A stretch of 64,000 nucleotides of DNA from Thermoanaerobaculia bacterium (GTDB taxonomy: Bacteria; Acidobacteriota; Thermoanaerobaculia; Multivoradales; Multivoraceae): NCBI GenBank assembly GCA_963666565.1, contig OY762911.1:1472001-1536000 (forward strand), written 5' to 3'. A model generated the notes under the pieces. That model was not told the DNA's origin. It saw only the letters and a program-made list of their open reading frames with translations, and made no database searches. The translations under genes and the position numbers were made by a program. Shown piece by piece: positions 27,917 through 37,422 of the stretch (the stretch's first letter is position 1; each line of letters begins with the position of its first letter).

Positions 27917-29767
27917 GTGGGAAACGACCAACGCGCGAATTGGTTCACGTGTGGCGCGAGAACGCGCCACACGGGTGCCCGCCGGCTTCCGGGAAGGGCG
28001 CGCCGCGAAGCGGCGACCGTCCTGCACGTCGCGGTCGCCGCCGCCGGCGTGTTCGCGGCTCAGGCCGCGCCCGCACACGCCCAGCGTCCCGGAGCGCCGA
28101 TCGACGTCCTGGACTACCGCTTCGAGCTCACCCTCTCCGATGAAACCGACGAGATCGAAGGCAAGGCGGCCATCGCCTTCCGCGTCCTCCGGCCGGCCGC
28201 AGAGATCGCGTTCGACCTCGACGACCCGGCGGCCGCCAGCAGCCTGGAAGCCGGCGGCAAGGCCGGCGACGGCCGGCCGGCCGGCGGCATGACCGTCTCC
28301 GCCGTCGAACTGGCCGTGCCGCCGAACCGGGCCGCTCCGCCTCTCGCGTCCGCGGCGTCCGGCCGATCCACTCGTTCCGGCCTGCCCGAACCGCCCGGCG
28401 CCGCGTCATTCGATCCGGCGCCGGCTCTGAGTTTCCGCCAGGAGGGCGACCGTCTCCATGTCCGCCTCCTCCGCGAGGCGGCGGCCGGCGAGCGGCGCCG
28501 GATCGTCGTCCACTACCGCGGCGTACCGGCCGACGGCTTCACGATCGGCCGAAACCGCCACGGCGAGCGCACCTTCTTCGCCGACAACTGGCCCGACCGG
28601 GCGCACCACTGGCTGCCGGTCGTCGACCACCCGTCGGACAAGGCGACCGTGGCCTTCGCCGTCACGGCGCCGGCGCACTACCAGGTCGTCGCCACCGGCG
28701 CCTTCGTCGAGGCGGTGGACCTGGAAGACGGCAGGCGGCGCACCGAGTGGCGCAGCCGGGCGCCGATCGCGACCAAGGTGATGGCGGTCGGCGTCGCGCG
28801 CTTCGTCCGGCAGCGCCAGGCGCTCGTCGACGGCGTGCCGGTCGAAACCTGGGTCTACCCGCAGGACCGCGAAGCCGGCCTGCGGGCGTTCGCGCCGGGG
28901 GCGCGCGTGCTGGGCGCCTTCGAGCGGCGGCTCGGCGACTACCCCTACGCCAAGCTCGCCAACGTGCAGACGACGACCCGCTGGGGCGGCCTGGAGAACG
29001 CCGGCAACGTGTTCTACGACGAGGATGCCGTCGACCGCGAAGGTGGCATCGAGACCCTGGTCGCCCACGAGATCGCCCACCAGTGGTACGGCGACTCGGT
29101 CACCGAGAGCGACTGGCCGCACGTCTGGCTGAGCGAGGGCTTCGCGACCTACCTGACCGCCTGCTACCTGGAGTGGACCTACGGGCGCGGGCGCTTCCTG
29201 GGGCAGATGGACGCGGCGCGGGAGCGGGTCCTGAGCTACGTGGAGGAAGCGCCGGACTCCGTCGTCGTGCCGGAATCCGTGCCCGACCCGCGGCGGCTGC
29301 TCAGCCCGAACGTCTACCAGAAGGCGGCCTGGGTGCTGCACATGCTCCGCGGCGAGGTCGGCGACGGCACGTTCTGGAAGGGGATGCGGATTTACTACGA
29401 GCGCTTCCGGGACCGTAACGCCTCGACCGCCGACTTCGCGGCGGTGATGGAGGAGGTCTCGGGGCGGAGGCTCGACTGGTTCTTCGATCAGTGGCTCCGC
29501 CGGCCCGGCGTGCCGGAGCTCGAGATCGAGTGGGGCTTCGACGCGGCGCCGGCGTTGGAGATCGAGGCGCGGCAGCTCGGACCGACGATCTACCGCCTGC
29601 CGCTCGACGTCGAGGCAGTCATGGCAGACGGCCGCGGCGTGCGCGGTCGCTTCGCGGTTGAGGGCGAACGGACGACCGCCACGATCCCCCTGCGCGAGCG
29701 CCCGGAGCGGCTGCGCTTCGACCCGGACGGCTGGCTCCTCATGCGGTACACGGTGGAGGAGGAGTAG
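27917..29767 (+). CDS. M1-family metallo-aminopeptidase
   Basis: GGLEN, HEIAHQWYG...WLSEGFATY, VYQKAAWVLHML. Start uncertain. Confidence 0.9.
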   Translation: MGNDQRANWFTCGARTRHTGARRLPGRARREAATVLHVAVAAAGVFAAQAAPAHAQRPGAPIDVLDYRFELTLSDETDEIEGKAAIAFRVLRPAAEIAFDLDDPAAASSLEAGGKAGDGRPAGGMTVSAVELAVPPNRAAPPLASAASGRSTRSGLPEPPGAASFDPAPALSFRQEGDRLHVRLLREAAAGERRRIVVHYRGVPADGFTIGRNRHGERTFFADNWPDRAHHWLPVVDHPSDKATVAFAVTAPAHYQVVATGAFVEAVDLEDGRRRTEWRSRAPIATKVMAVGVARFVRQRQALVDGVPVETWVYPQDREAGLRAFAPGARVLGAFERRLGDYPYAKLANVQTTTRWGGLENAGNVFYDEDAVDREGGIETLVAHEIAHQWYGDSVTESDWPHVWLSEGFATYLTACYLEWTYGRGRFLGQMDAARERVLSYVEEAPDSVVVPESVPDPRRLLSPNVYQKAAWVLHMLRGEVGDGTFWKGMRIYYERFRDRNASTADFAAVMEEVSGRRLDWFFDQWLRRPGVPELEIEWGFDAAPALEIEARQLGPTIYRLPLDVEAVMADGRGVRGRFAVEGERTTATIPLRERPERLRFDPDGWLLMRYTVEEE

Positions 29768-29775
29768 CCGCCGCC

Positions 29776-30501
29776 ATGCCCGCCAGCAGCCTCTCCGCGG
29801 CCGAGGACTTCGAGCGCTCCCACGCCGGCGGCGCCTTCGGCACCGTTCTGGCCGATCCGCCCTGGCAGTTCACGAACCGCACCGGCAAGGTGGCGCCCGA
29901 GCACCGCCGGCTCAGCCGCTACGCGACGCTGACGCAGGAGGAGATCGAAGCGATTCCGGTCGCCGCCGCCTGCGCCGAGGACGCCCATCTCTACCTGTGG
30001 GTGCCGAATGCTCTCCTCCAGGAAGGCCTCGACGTGATGCAGCGCTGGGGCTTCACCTACAAGACGAACCTGGTCTGGCACAAGGTCCGCAAGGACGGCG
30101 GTCCCGACGGCCGCGGCGTCGGCTTCTACTTCCGCAACACGACGGAACTCGTCCTCTTCGGCGTGCGTGGCAAGCTCCGGACGCTCGCTCCCGGTCGCCG
30201 CCAGGTCAACATCATCCGCTCGCGCAAGCGGGAGCACTCCCGCAAGCCGGACGAGCTCTACGACATCGTCGAAGCGTGCAGCCCCGGCCCGTACCTGGAA
30301 CTCTTCGCCCGCGGCCGCCACTCGGAACGCTGGACCGTCTGGGGCGACCAGAGCACGGACTACGAACCCGACTGGCCCACCTACGCAAACGCCCGGTCCT
30401 GCCGCCAAAGGCCGCCAGGAGAACGCGCCGGCCGTCAGGCCCGCGCCGCCCCAACGGCCAGTCAGCCACGAACGCGGCGTCCCGCCGGCGTCAGGCGGTA
30501 G
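29776..30501 (+). CDS. MT-A70-family N6-adenine methyltransferase
   Basis: ADPPW, HLYLW, WGFTYKTNLVW, HSRKP, YLELFAR. Confidence 0.92.
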   Translation: MPASSLSAAEDFERSHAGGAFGTVLADPPWQFTNRTGKVAPEHRRLSRYATLTQEEIEAIPVAAACAEDAHLYLWVPNALLQEGLDVMQRWGFTYKTNLVWHKVRKDGGPDGRGVGFYFRNTTELVLFGVRGKLRTLAPGRRQVNIIRSRKREHSRKPDELYDIVEACSPGPYLELFARGRHSERWTVWGDQSTDYEPDWPTYANARSCRQRPPGERAGRQARAAPTASQPRTRRPAGVRR

Positions 30502-31457
30502 CGCTGGTTTCTTGCTCTGGGCACCTTGGGCCGCGTCATCTCGATCAGGCCGCCGTCGAGAGCGGGGCCGAGGTATCTCTGACGCAGCCACTTGCGGTCT
30601 CGCAGGTCCAGGGCGGCGAGCAGATCTCGCCCCGACATCTCGCCGTCCAGGACCTGCAGAAGCCGCTGTACTTGGGGGGATACTTGGGGGGATACTTGGG
30701 GGGTCGCTTCCCGCAAGGCGGCGAGGATCGCGTCCAGCACGAAACAGATGAACGGCGTGCTCTCACCTTGCCTGGAACTATCTTCGATCGCCGTGTAGTA
30801 CTCGGGCTGGCGCGTGTGCACGACGCTCTCCACCGGCACCTGTGCGAACAGCGGCTTCCAGCGGCGGAGGATGAGGGTCTGCCACAGCCGGCCGAGGCGG
30901 CCGTTGCCGTCTTCGAACGGATGGATGAACTCGAACTCGTAGTGAAACACGGAGCTCGCGATCAACGGGTGTTCGTCGGTGTCCCGCAGCCAGCCGAGGA
31001 GGTCGGCCATAAGCCCAGGCACCCGGTCGGCCGGCGGACCGATGTGATGCACGCCGTCCGGGCCGACCACGCCCACGGTGCCGGTGCGGTACCGCCCCGG
31101 CGTACCGGCGAGTTCGGCCATCATTGCAGCGTGAGCGGCCAGCAAGTCGGCCTCGCTCGCGGGCGTCCAGTCCTCGGCCAGGTCGTAGCTCCTGTTCGCG
31201 TTGCGCACCTCCTGCACATCCCTCGGCGGTCCCACGACGCGTTGGCCGTCGAGGATCGCCGACACCTGCTCCTCCGACAACACGTTGCCCTCGATGGCGA
31301 CGGAACCGTGAACCGTGCGCACCCGCGCCTCGCGCCGCAGTCGCAGGTCCAGCCCCAGTCCAGCCGCCTCGGCGTGACCGATCGCCCCGCCGATCCGCTC
31401 CACCAGGGACAGGATCCCGGGCGTGATCGTGTATGGGGGCTTGGCGGCGGGGGCCAT
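30462..31457 (-). CDS. Fic-family protein with C-terminal wHTH
   Basis: HPFEDGNGRLGR catalytic motif; GSVAIEGN inhibitory motif; PQVS repeats. Confidence 0.92.
   Translation of the reverse strand: MAPAAKPPYTITPGILSLVERIGGAIGHAEAAGLGLDLRLRREARVRTVHGSVAIEGNVLSEEQVSAILDGQRVVGPPRDVQEVRNANRSYDLAEDWTPASEADLLAAHAAMMAELAGTPGRYRTGTVGVVGPDGVHHIGPPADRVPGLMADLLGWLRDTDEHPLIASSVFHYEFEFIHPFEDGNGRLGRLWQTLILRRWKPLFAQVPVESVVHTRQPEYYTAIEDSSRQGESTPFICFVLDAILAALREATPQVSPQVSPQVQRLLQVLDGEMSGRDLLAALDLRDRKWLRQRYLGPALDGGLIEMTRPKVPRARNQRYRLTPAGRRVRG
30669..30703. repeat. 12-bp in-frame tandem repeat inside the fic gene
   Basis: (TACTTGGGGGGA) x about 3, encoding PQVS repeats. Confidence 0.85.
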
Positions 31458-31627
31458 GCCCGAGACTCTTGCACAGCCTGACCCGCACGGGCCGAGGCGC
31501 GGCGTGGAACCAGCGCTTTCGGGAGCCAACGGTTCGGGTATGCGGCGCTGACGCGTGCCCGCGGCGGCCGTAGCGCGGCAGAACCCTGGCCGCGCTACGA
31601 TGCGTTCGTCCGCTGAAGGAGACGACC

Positions 31628-31915
31628 ATGTGCAGGAACATCCGCGTCCTCTACAACTTCGAGCCGCCGGCCAGCGCCGGTGAGGTCCGCGCCGCGGCGC
31701 TCCAGTACGTTCGCAAGGTCAGCGGTTCGACCAAGCCGTCGCGCGCCAACGAGGCGGCCTTCGAGCGCGCGGTCGATGCGGTTGCCGTGGCCACGGCCGA
31801 ACTGCTCGGCGAGCTGACGACGACCGCGCCGCCGCGCGACCGGGAGGTCGAGGCCGAGAAGGCGCGTGCACGCTGGCGCAAGCGGCAGCGGCGGATGGCT
31901 GCGGCGCCCGCGTAG
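31628..31915 (+). CDS. DUF2277-family small protein
   Basis: MCRNIRVLYNFEPPA...AAALQYVRKVSG; AAGGAG Shine-Dalgarno. Confidence 0.85.
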   Translation: MCRNIRVLYNFEPPASAGEVRAAALQYVRKVSGSTKPSRANEAAFERAVDAVAVATAELLGELTTTAPPRDREVEAEKARARWRKRQRRMAAAPA

Positions 31916-31941
31916 AAGGGCGCGGCTTCGCGGCGGCGGCC

Positions 31942-32132
31942 GCACCCGCCCGTCTTGGGTCAGGAGGGGTCGGCGCCCAGGTGACGCGCGCGCTCGAGAG
32001 GAGAGGGACGGGGTTTGCGCTTGCTCCGCTTCACTCGCTCCGGTTCGGCGTCGGCTTCCGGGGAAGGCGTCGGCCGTCGCTCGTTCAGAGGCACCTGGAC
32101 GCCGACCCCTCCTGACCCGACTGGGCTGGACG
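31942..32132 (-). repeat. 191-nt long-hairpin repeat element, copy D (most divergent)
   Basis: Ends GCACCC...TGGACG; arms GGGTCAGGAGGGGTCGGCGCCCAGGTG / CACCTGGACGCCGACCCCTCCTGACCC; core CGCTCCGGTTCG(G/A)CGTCGG shared with copy B. Confidence 0.8.
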
Positions 32133-32135
32133 TCG

Positions 32136-33395
32136 TCAGGCCATCTCCTGACGCACCACCTCGTCGTAGTGGTCGATCACCCGCCGCACGTAGGCCCGCT
32201 TCTCGATGTAGCTGCCCGGGTAGAAGCTGCGCTTGAAGCCGTAGATGACCACGTTGCGCAGGTCGTCGAGGGAAAGGTCGAAGGCGTGGCAGGCCAGGGC
32301 GATCTCGTTGGTCACCGTGGTGTGGGACATGAGCCGGTTGTCGGTGCAGAGGGTGACCGAGAGGCGATCCGCCATCATCCTGCCGAAGGGGTGGTCGGCG
32401 AAGGTCTCCAGGCTCTGGATGCTCTGCAGGTTCGAGGTGATGCAGACCTCCAGGGTGATCCGCCGGTCGCTGATGTACTGGGCCAGGTTGCGGATGTAGC
32501 GCTCGGGATCCCGGGCCGCCGCCGAGTCCGGGTTGTCGCGCCGGAGCCGGTCGGCGGCGTAGAGGTGGGTGCCGTGGCCGATCCGGTCGGCCTGGAGCAG
32601 GGTGATCGCCTGGAAGATGCTCTCCGGCCCGTATGCCTCGCCGGCGTGGATCGTCTTCTTCAGGAAGTGCTGCTGCGCGTACAGGAAGGCGTCCCGATGC
32701 ACGGCGGCGGGGTTGCCGGCCTCGGCGCCGGCGAGATCGAAAGCGACGACCGGCAGCCCGAGCCGGTCGCGCGCCTCGACCACGGAACGGGCCAGCGACA
32801 GCGAGGCGGCGGCGTGGATCTCGGGCCTGGTCCAGCCGTCGAGAGCCGAGAAGAGGCCGCGGTAGTACGGGCTGTGGCCGGGACCGAACATCCGTAACGC
32901 GCAGGCGATGATCCCGTAGCGGAAGGGCGGCTCGGCGCCGCTCCGCACGCTCTCGGCGGCCTCGTGCTCGCGCTGGACCCGGGCGAGCCCCCGGTCGACC
33001 GCGGCCAGCACGCCGGCGGTGTCGAGACCGGGGCCGGTGTGGAGTTGCGGCGCCAGGCGCACCTCCAGGTAGCAGACGTTCTCGGCCAGGTTGTCGGCGC
33101 CGAGTTCGTAGGCGGCGCGCTCCAGCGCCTCGGCGGTGCAGAGCGCCGGCGCAGTGTAGGAGAAGGTGCGGAGGTAGTCCTCCAGGTCGTCGTAGCGCTC
33201 CTTGAAGACGAGTTCCAGCAGACCCTCCGGCGTCTGCGAGGGGAGTTCCAGCCGAGCGTCTCGGGCCAGCTCGATCAGCGTGTCGAGCCGGAGCGAACCG
33301 TCGAGGTGAACGTGAAGGTCGGTCTTCGGCAGCTTGCCGATCAGATCGGCCGAGGGAAGGGGTGCGTTCAAGTCGGTATCATGCGCGGTCTGCAT
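32136..33395 (-). CDS. add: Adenosine deaminase-family protein
   Basis: LPKTDLHVHLDGSLR, FDLAGAE, TIHAGEA, RIGHG, EVCITSN, LCTDN. Confidence 0.9.
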   Translation of the reverse strand: MQTAHDTDLNAPLPSADLIGKLPKTDLHVHLDGSLRLDTLIELARDARLELPSQTPEGLLELVFKERYDDLEDYLRTFSYTAPALCTAEALERAAYELGADNLAENVCYLEVRLAPQLHTGPGLDTAGVLAAVDRGLARVQREHEAAESVRSGAEPPFRYGIIACALRMFGPGHSPYYRGLFSALDGWTRPEIHAAASLSLARSVVEARDRLGLPVVAFDLAGAEAGNPAAVHRDAFLYAQQHFLKKTIHAGEAYGPESIFQAITLLQADRIGHGTHLYAADRLRRDNPDSAAARDPERYIRNLAQYISDRRITLEVCITSNLQSIQSLETFADHPFGRMMADRLSVTLCTDNRLMSHTTVTNEIALACHAFDLSLDDLRNVVIYGFKRSFYPGSYIEKRAYVRRVIDHYDEVVRQEMA

Positions 33396-33449
33396 GGCGC
33401 AGTGTACAGCGACTTTGAGGATGGGCGACCATCGGCGGGAGGCGAGACG

Positions 33450-34820
33450 ATGACGACGACCAGACGTTCCTTTCTCGGCGGCGTGGGCGGTCTCGGCGCG
33501 GCCGCCGCGGGCTTCGGCACGGCGGGCGCCGCGTTCGCCGCGCCGGCGCGCCGCAAGGCGGTGGCCCCGAGCGACCGCATCCGCGTTGGGTCCATCGGCG
33601 TCAACGGCATGGGGTCGAGCGACATGGGCTCGATGCTCGATGTCGACGGCGTCGAATGCGCGGCGCTCTGCGACGTCGACCGGAACGTGCTCGACCGGGC
33701 GGTCGAGGGCTTCACGGAACTGACCGGCAGCAAGCCGGACGCTTACACCGACTACCGCAAGCTGCTCGAGGACGACGAGATCGACGCGGTCATCGTCGCC
33801 ACCCCGGACCACTGGCACTGCAAGATCATGGTCGACGCCTGCGAGGCGGGGAAGGACGTCTACGTCGAAAAGCCGATGGCGAACTCGATCGAGGAGATCC
33901 GCATCATGCAGCGAGCCGCCAGGGCCTACGGCCGGGTCGTCCAGGTCGGCCAGTGGCAGCGCTCCGGCAAGCACTGGCAGGACGCGATGGAGTACCTCTG
34001 GTCCGGCGAACTCGGCCAGATCCGCACGGCGAAGGCCTGGGCCTACATGGACTGGGACGCGCCGGAGCGAGTGCCGGACTCGAAGCCGCCGAAGGGCGTG
34101 GACTACGACATGTGGCTGGGCCCGGCGCCGAAGCGGCCCTTCAACGAGAACCGGTTCCACTGGAACTTCCGCTGGTACTGGGACTACGCCGGCGGCCTGA
34201 TGACGGACTGGGGCGTCCACCTGATCGACATGGCGCTGATGGGCATGAAGGCGACGGCGCCGAAGTCGGTCATGTCGCTGGGCGGGGCGTTCGGCTATCC
34301 CGACGGCGCGGTCGAGACGCCGGATACCCAGCAGGCGGTGTACGAGTTCGACGACTTCACGATGGTCTGGGAGCACGCCCTGGGCATCGCGCTCGGTCCG
34401 CACCAGCGCGGGCACGGCGTGTCCTTCGTCGGCAACAGGGGCACGCTGGTCGTCGATCGGAGCGGCTGGGAAGTGCTGCCCGAGGTCGGCCGCGAGGACG
34501 GCAAGCGGTTCTACAAGACGGCCGCGATCCCCGACCGGGTGGCATCGCGCAGCCGGCGGGGTCTGGCCCAGCACACCGAGGACTTCATCGAGTGCATGAA
34601 GACCCGCGAGCAGCCGCGCTGCAACGCGGACGTCGGCGCCCTGGCCGCCGTCAACGCGCACCTCGGGAACATCGCGTTCCGCACCGGCCGGCGGGTCTAC
34701 TGGGACCACGAGGCGGGCCGGTTCATCGGCGACGACGAGGCGAACGCGCTGCTCCTGGCCGAGTACCACAACGGCTGGCAGCTTCCGGTCGTCTCGGGCG
34801 CCGAGGCTTCGGCGGGTTGA
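33450..34820 (+). CDS. Tat-exported Gfo/Idh/MocA oxidoreductase
   Basis: TRRSFL twin-arginine signal; ATPDHWH, DVYVEKP, DWGVHLID. Confidence 0.92.
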   Translation: MTTTRRSFLGGVGGLGAAAAGFGTAGAAFAAPARRKAVAPSDRIRVGSIGVNGMGSSDMGSMLDVDGVECAALCDVDRNVLDRAVEGFTELTGSKPDAYTDYRKLLEDDEIDAVIVATPDHWHCKIMVDACEAGKDVYVEKPMANSIEEIRIMQRAARAYGRVVQVGQWQRSGKHWQDAMEYLWSGELGQIRTAKAWAYMDWDAPERVPDSKPPKGVDYDMWLGPAPKRPFNENRFHWNFRWYWDYAGGLMTDWGVHLIDMALMGMKATAPKSVMSLGGAFGYPDGAVETPDTQQAVYEFDDFTMVWEHALGIALGPHQRGHGVSFVGNRGTLVVDRSGWEVLPEVGREDGKRFYKTAAIPDRVASRSRRGLAQHTEDFIECMKTREQPRCNADVGALAAVNAHLGNIAFRTGRRVYWDHEAGRFIGDDEANALLLAEYHNGWQLPVVSGAEASAG

Positions 34821-34891
34821 TTCACCGCCTGAACGCGGCCCGCGGCGCCCAGTGGCCGCGGGCGGGCGGCGCGCGGTATTGAGGTCCTGAC

Positions 34892-35794
34892 GTGGGTTCT
34901 CTCGAAGACCTGCGGCTCGGCGCCGCCACGATCCTGTTCGGCGAGGGCCGGGGCAAGTACCCCGACAACAACGCCCTGCTGGTCGAGGGCGCCGAGTCGA
35001 CGATGCTCGTCGACCCGTCGCTCGGCGTGCGCGCCCGCGGCCGGGGCGCCCTGCCGCCGGTCGACCTCGTGCTGCTCAGCCACTGCCACGAGGACCACAC
35101 CGCCGGGCTGCCGCTGTTCCGGGACGCGCCCGTCCACGTCCACGAGGAGGATCTGCCGGGCCTGCTCGACTTCGACGGTTTTCTGGACATCTTCGGCGTC
35201 GAGCCGGAGCGCCGCGAGGAGTACGGCGGCTACCTGCGGACGCGTTTCTTCTACGAGCCGCGGCCGGACGCCGTGCCGTTCCGCGACGGCGACCTGTTCG
35301 ACCTCGGCGGCGGCGTCTCGGTGCGGATCCTCCACACGCCCGGCCATACGCGCGGGCACTGCGCCCTGCTGATCGAGCCGGACGGCGTCCTGTTCCTGGG
35401 CGACATCGACCTGACCGGTTTCGGTCCGTACTACGGCGACGCGTGGTCCGACCTGGAGGAGTTCGAGCGCTCGCTCGAGCAGGTCCGCGGCATCGAGGCG
35501 AGGCACTACCTGACCGGTCACCACATCGGCCTGCTTGCCGACCGCGAGGCGTTCCTGGGGCGACTGGACCGTTACGTCGCGCGCATCGCCGACCGCGAGG
35601 GCCGCCTGCTCCAGTACCTGAGCGAGCCGCGGACGATGGAGGACATCGTCGCCCACCGCTTCGTCTATCGCCCGCACGACCGGGGCGAGGGCATCGCCAA
35701 GGTCGAACGGCGCAGCGCGCAGCTCCACCTCGACCGCCTCGAGCGCGACGGCCGGGTCGAGCGGGACGGCGACCTGTACCGCGCGACCCGGTAG
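34892..35794 (+). CDS. MBL-fold metallo-hydrolase
   Basis: SHCHEDH, HTPGHTRGH, FLGD, TGH. Confidence 0.9.
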   Translation: MGSLEDLRLGAATILFGEGRGKYPDNNALLVEGAESTMLVDPSLGVRARGRGALPPVDLVLLSHCHEDHTAGLPLFRDAPVHVHEEDLPGLLDFDGFLDIFGVEPERREEYGGYLRTRFFYEPRPDAVPFRDGDLFDLGGGVSVRILHTPGHTRGHCALLIEPDGVLFLGDIDLTGFGPYYGDAWSDLEEFERSLEQVRGIEARHYLTGHHIGLLADREAFLGRLDRYVARIADREGRLLQYLSEPRTMEDIVAHRFVYRPHDRGEGIAKVERRSAQLHLDRLERDGRVERDGDLYRATR

Positions 35795-35816
35795 GCGCAG
35801 CAACGGGTCGCTCGCT

Positions 35817-35840
35817 GGGTGCGCGGGTCTTCCGACCCGC
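35817..35840 (+). repeat. REP-like hairpin
   Basis: Exact consensus. Confidence 0.9.
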
Positions 35841-35890
35841 CCGCCGCTCCGCCCTGGGGCGTTCTATACTGCCGAACGGGAGGTTCCAGA

Positions 35891-36448
35891 TTGTCCGTCA
35901 AGACCCTTGCCGCCGTCGTTCCGGCTCTCGCCCTGGCCGCGGCGCCGCTCGCCGCCGCGCCGCCGCTGTTCGCCGAGGACGCGGCCTCCGTGGCACACCT
36001 GATCGAGCCGGACACCGTCCACCCGGCCACCGCGGAGCAGTTCAAGGCAGTCCTGGAACACCACCGCGGCAAGGTGGTCGTCGTCAACTTCTGGGCCACC
36101 TGGTGCATCCCTTGCCTTCAGGAACTCCCCGAACTCGACCTCCTGCAGGAGCGCTACGCCGACCGCGGCCTCGTCGTGCTCGCCGTTTCCATGGACGACC
36201 CGGAGAAGCTGGAGGACCGGGTCCGCCCCTTCTTCGCCAAGCGGGCGCCGGGCCTCGTCTCCTACCTCGCGTCGTCCGAGGGCGACTCGGTCGAATTCGT
36301 GACCGCGCTCGACCCGGAATGGCCGGGGGCGCTGCCGACGACGATGTTCTTCGACCGCGATGGGGAGTTCGTCAACATGCACCTCGGGCGGATGCTGTAC
36401 TCGGAGTTCGAAGAGGCCGTGCTCGAACTGCTCGGGGAGGACGCCTGA
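35891..36448 (+). CDS. TlpA-family thiol:disulfide oxidoreductase
   Basis: Signal peptide; VNFWATWCIPC; ALPTT; GGAGG before TTG. Confidence 0.9.
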   Translation: MSVKTLAAVVPALALAAAPLAAAPPLFAEDAASVAHLIEPDTVHPATAEQFKAVLEHHRGKVVVVNFWATWCIPCLQELPELDLLQERYADRGLVVLAVSMDDPEKLEDRVRPFFAKRAPGLVSYLASSEGDSVEFVTALDPEWPGALPTTMFFDRDGEFVNMHLGRMLYSEFEEAVLELLGEDA

Positions 36449-37404
36449 GCGGTCAGGCGGCGTCGGGGAAACGGCGGCCCCACAACGCGCTCGCCGAACC
36501 GGCGGTCGACCGCCGGTCCGAGCGCCGCGCCGACGCCGACTGGCTTGCGCGCCGCCTCGCCGACCCGGCCAGCCGGTTGACCGCCGTCTGGCGCGAGCGC
36601 AGCCTCATCTTCGACGCGCACGCCGGCGACCGGGGGCCGGTTCCCGGCACCGTACCGGCGGTCGAGGCGGCCGCTCTGGTCGAGCAGTCGGAGCAAGTCG
36701 TCTTCCTGGGCGAAGCGGAGGGCGTCGCCTACTTCTCGATCGACGTGTCCGACCGCGAGGATCCCCTCGCCGGTCCGCTGCGGGGCGCCGGCCGCTTCGT
36801 CGAGTTGCGCCAGGTCGGCGCCGCGATGAGCGGCCGCGGCGGCAACCTGCTCGCCTACGCCCGGGCCATGGCCACCTGGCACCGCCGCCACCGTTTCTGC
36901 GGCCAGTGCGGCGCCGCGACCGAGAGCCGCAACGCCGGCCACCTGCGGGTCTGCACGGCGTGCGGCAGCGAGCACTTTCCGCGCACCGACCCCGCCGTCA
37001 TCATGCTCGTCCACACGGAGGCCGGCGGCGACCGTTCCTGTCTGCTGGGCCGGCAGGCCTCCTGGCCGGCGGGCATGTTCTCGGCGCTCGCCGGCTTCGT
37101 CGAGCCCGGCGAGAGCCTGGAGAGCGCGGTCGCGCGCGAGGTCCGGGAAGAGACCGGCATCGCGGTGGACAAGGTCCGCTACCACTCCTCCCAGCCCTGG
37201 CCGTTTCCGACCTCGATCATGCTCGGCTTCTACGCCACCTCGCCCGGCGGCGACGTGCGGGTCGACACCGAGGAACTGGAGCAGGCCGTGTGGGCCACCC
37301 GTTCGGACCTTGAGTACGCGCTCCGCGCCCGCGAGGTGCGGCTGCCGCCGCCGTTCTCCATCGCCCGCCGCCTGATCGACGACTGGCTCCGCGACGAGCG
37401 CTGA
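36445..37404 (+). CDS. nudC: NAD(H) diphosphatase
   Basis: FCGQCG...CTAC zinc ribbon, FPRTDPAVI, Nudix box GFVEPGESLESAVAREVREETG, SQPWPFP. Probable CTG start. Confidence 0.9.
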   Translation: MSGQAASGKRRPHNALAEPAVDRRSERRADADWLARRLADPASRLTAVWRERSLIFDAHAGDRGPVPGTVPAVEAAALVEQSEQVVFLGEAEGVAYFSIDVSDREDPLAGPLRGAGRFVELRQVGAAMSGRGGNLLAYARAMATWHRRHRFCGQCGAATESRNAGHLRVCTACGSEHFPRTDPAVIMLVHTEAGGDRSCLLGRQASWPAGMFSALAGFVEPGESLESAVAREVREETGIAVDKVRYHSSQPWPFPTSIMLGFYATSPGGDVRVDTEELEQAVWATRSDLEYALRAREVRLPPPFSIARRLIDDWLRDER

Positions 37405-37422
37405 GCGCGTAGCATTGTCCCC

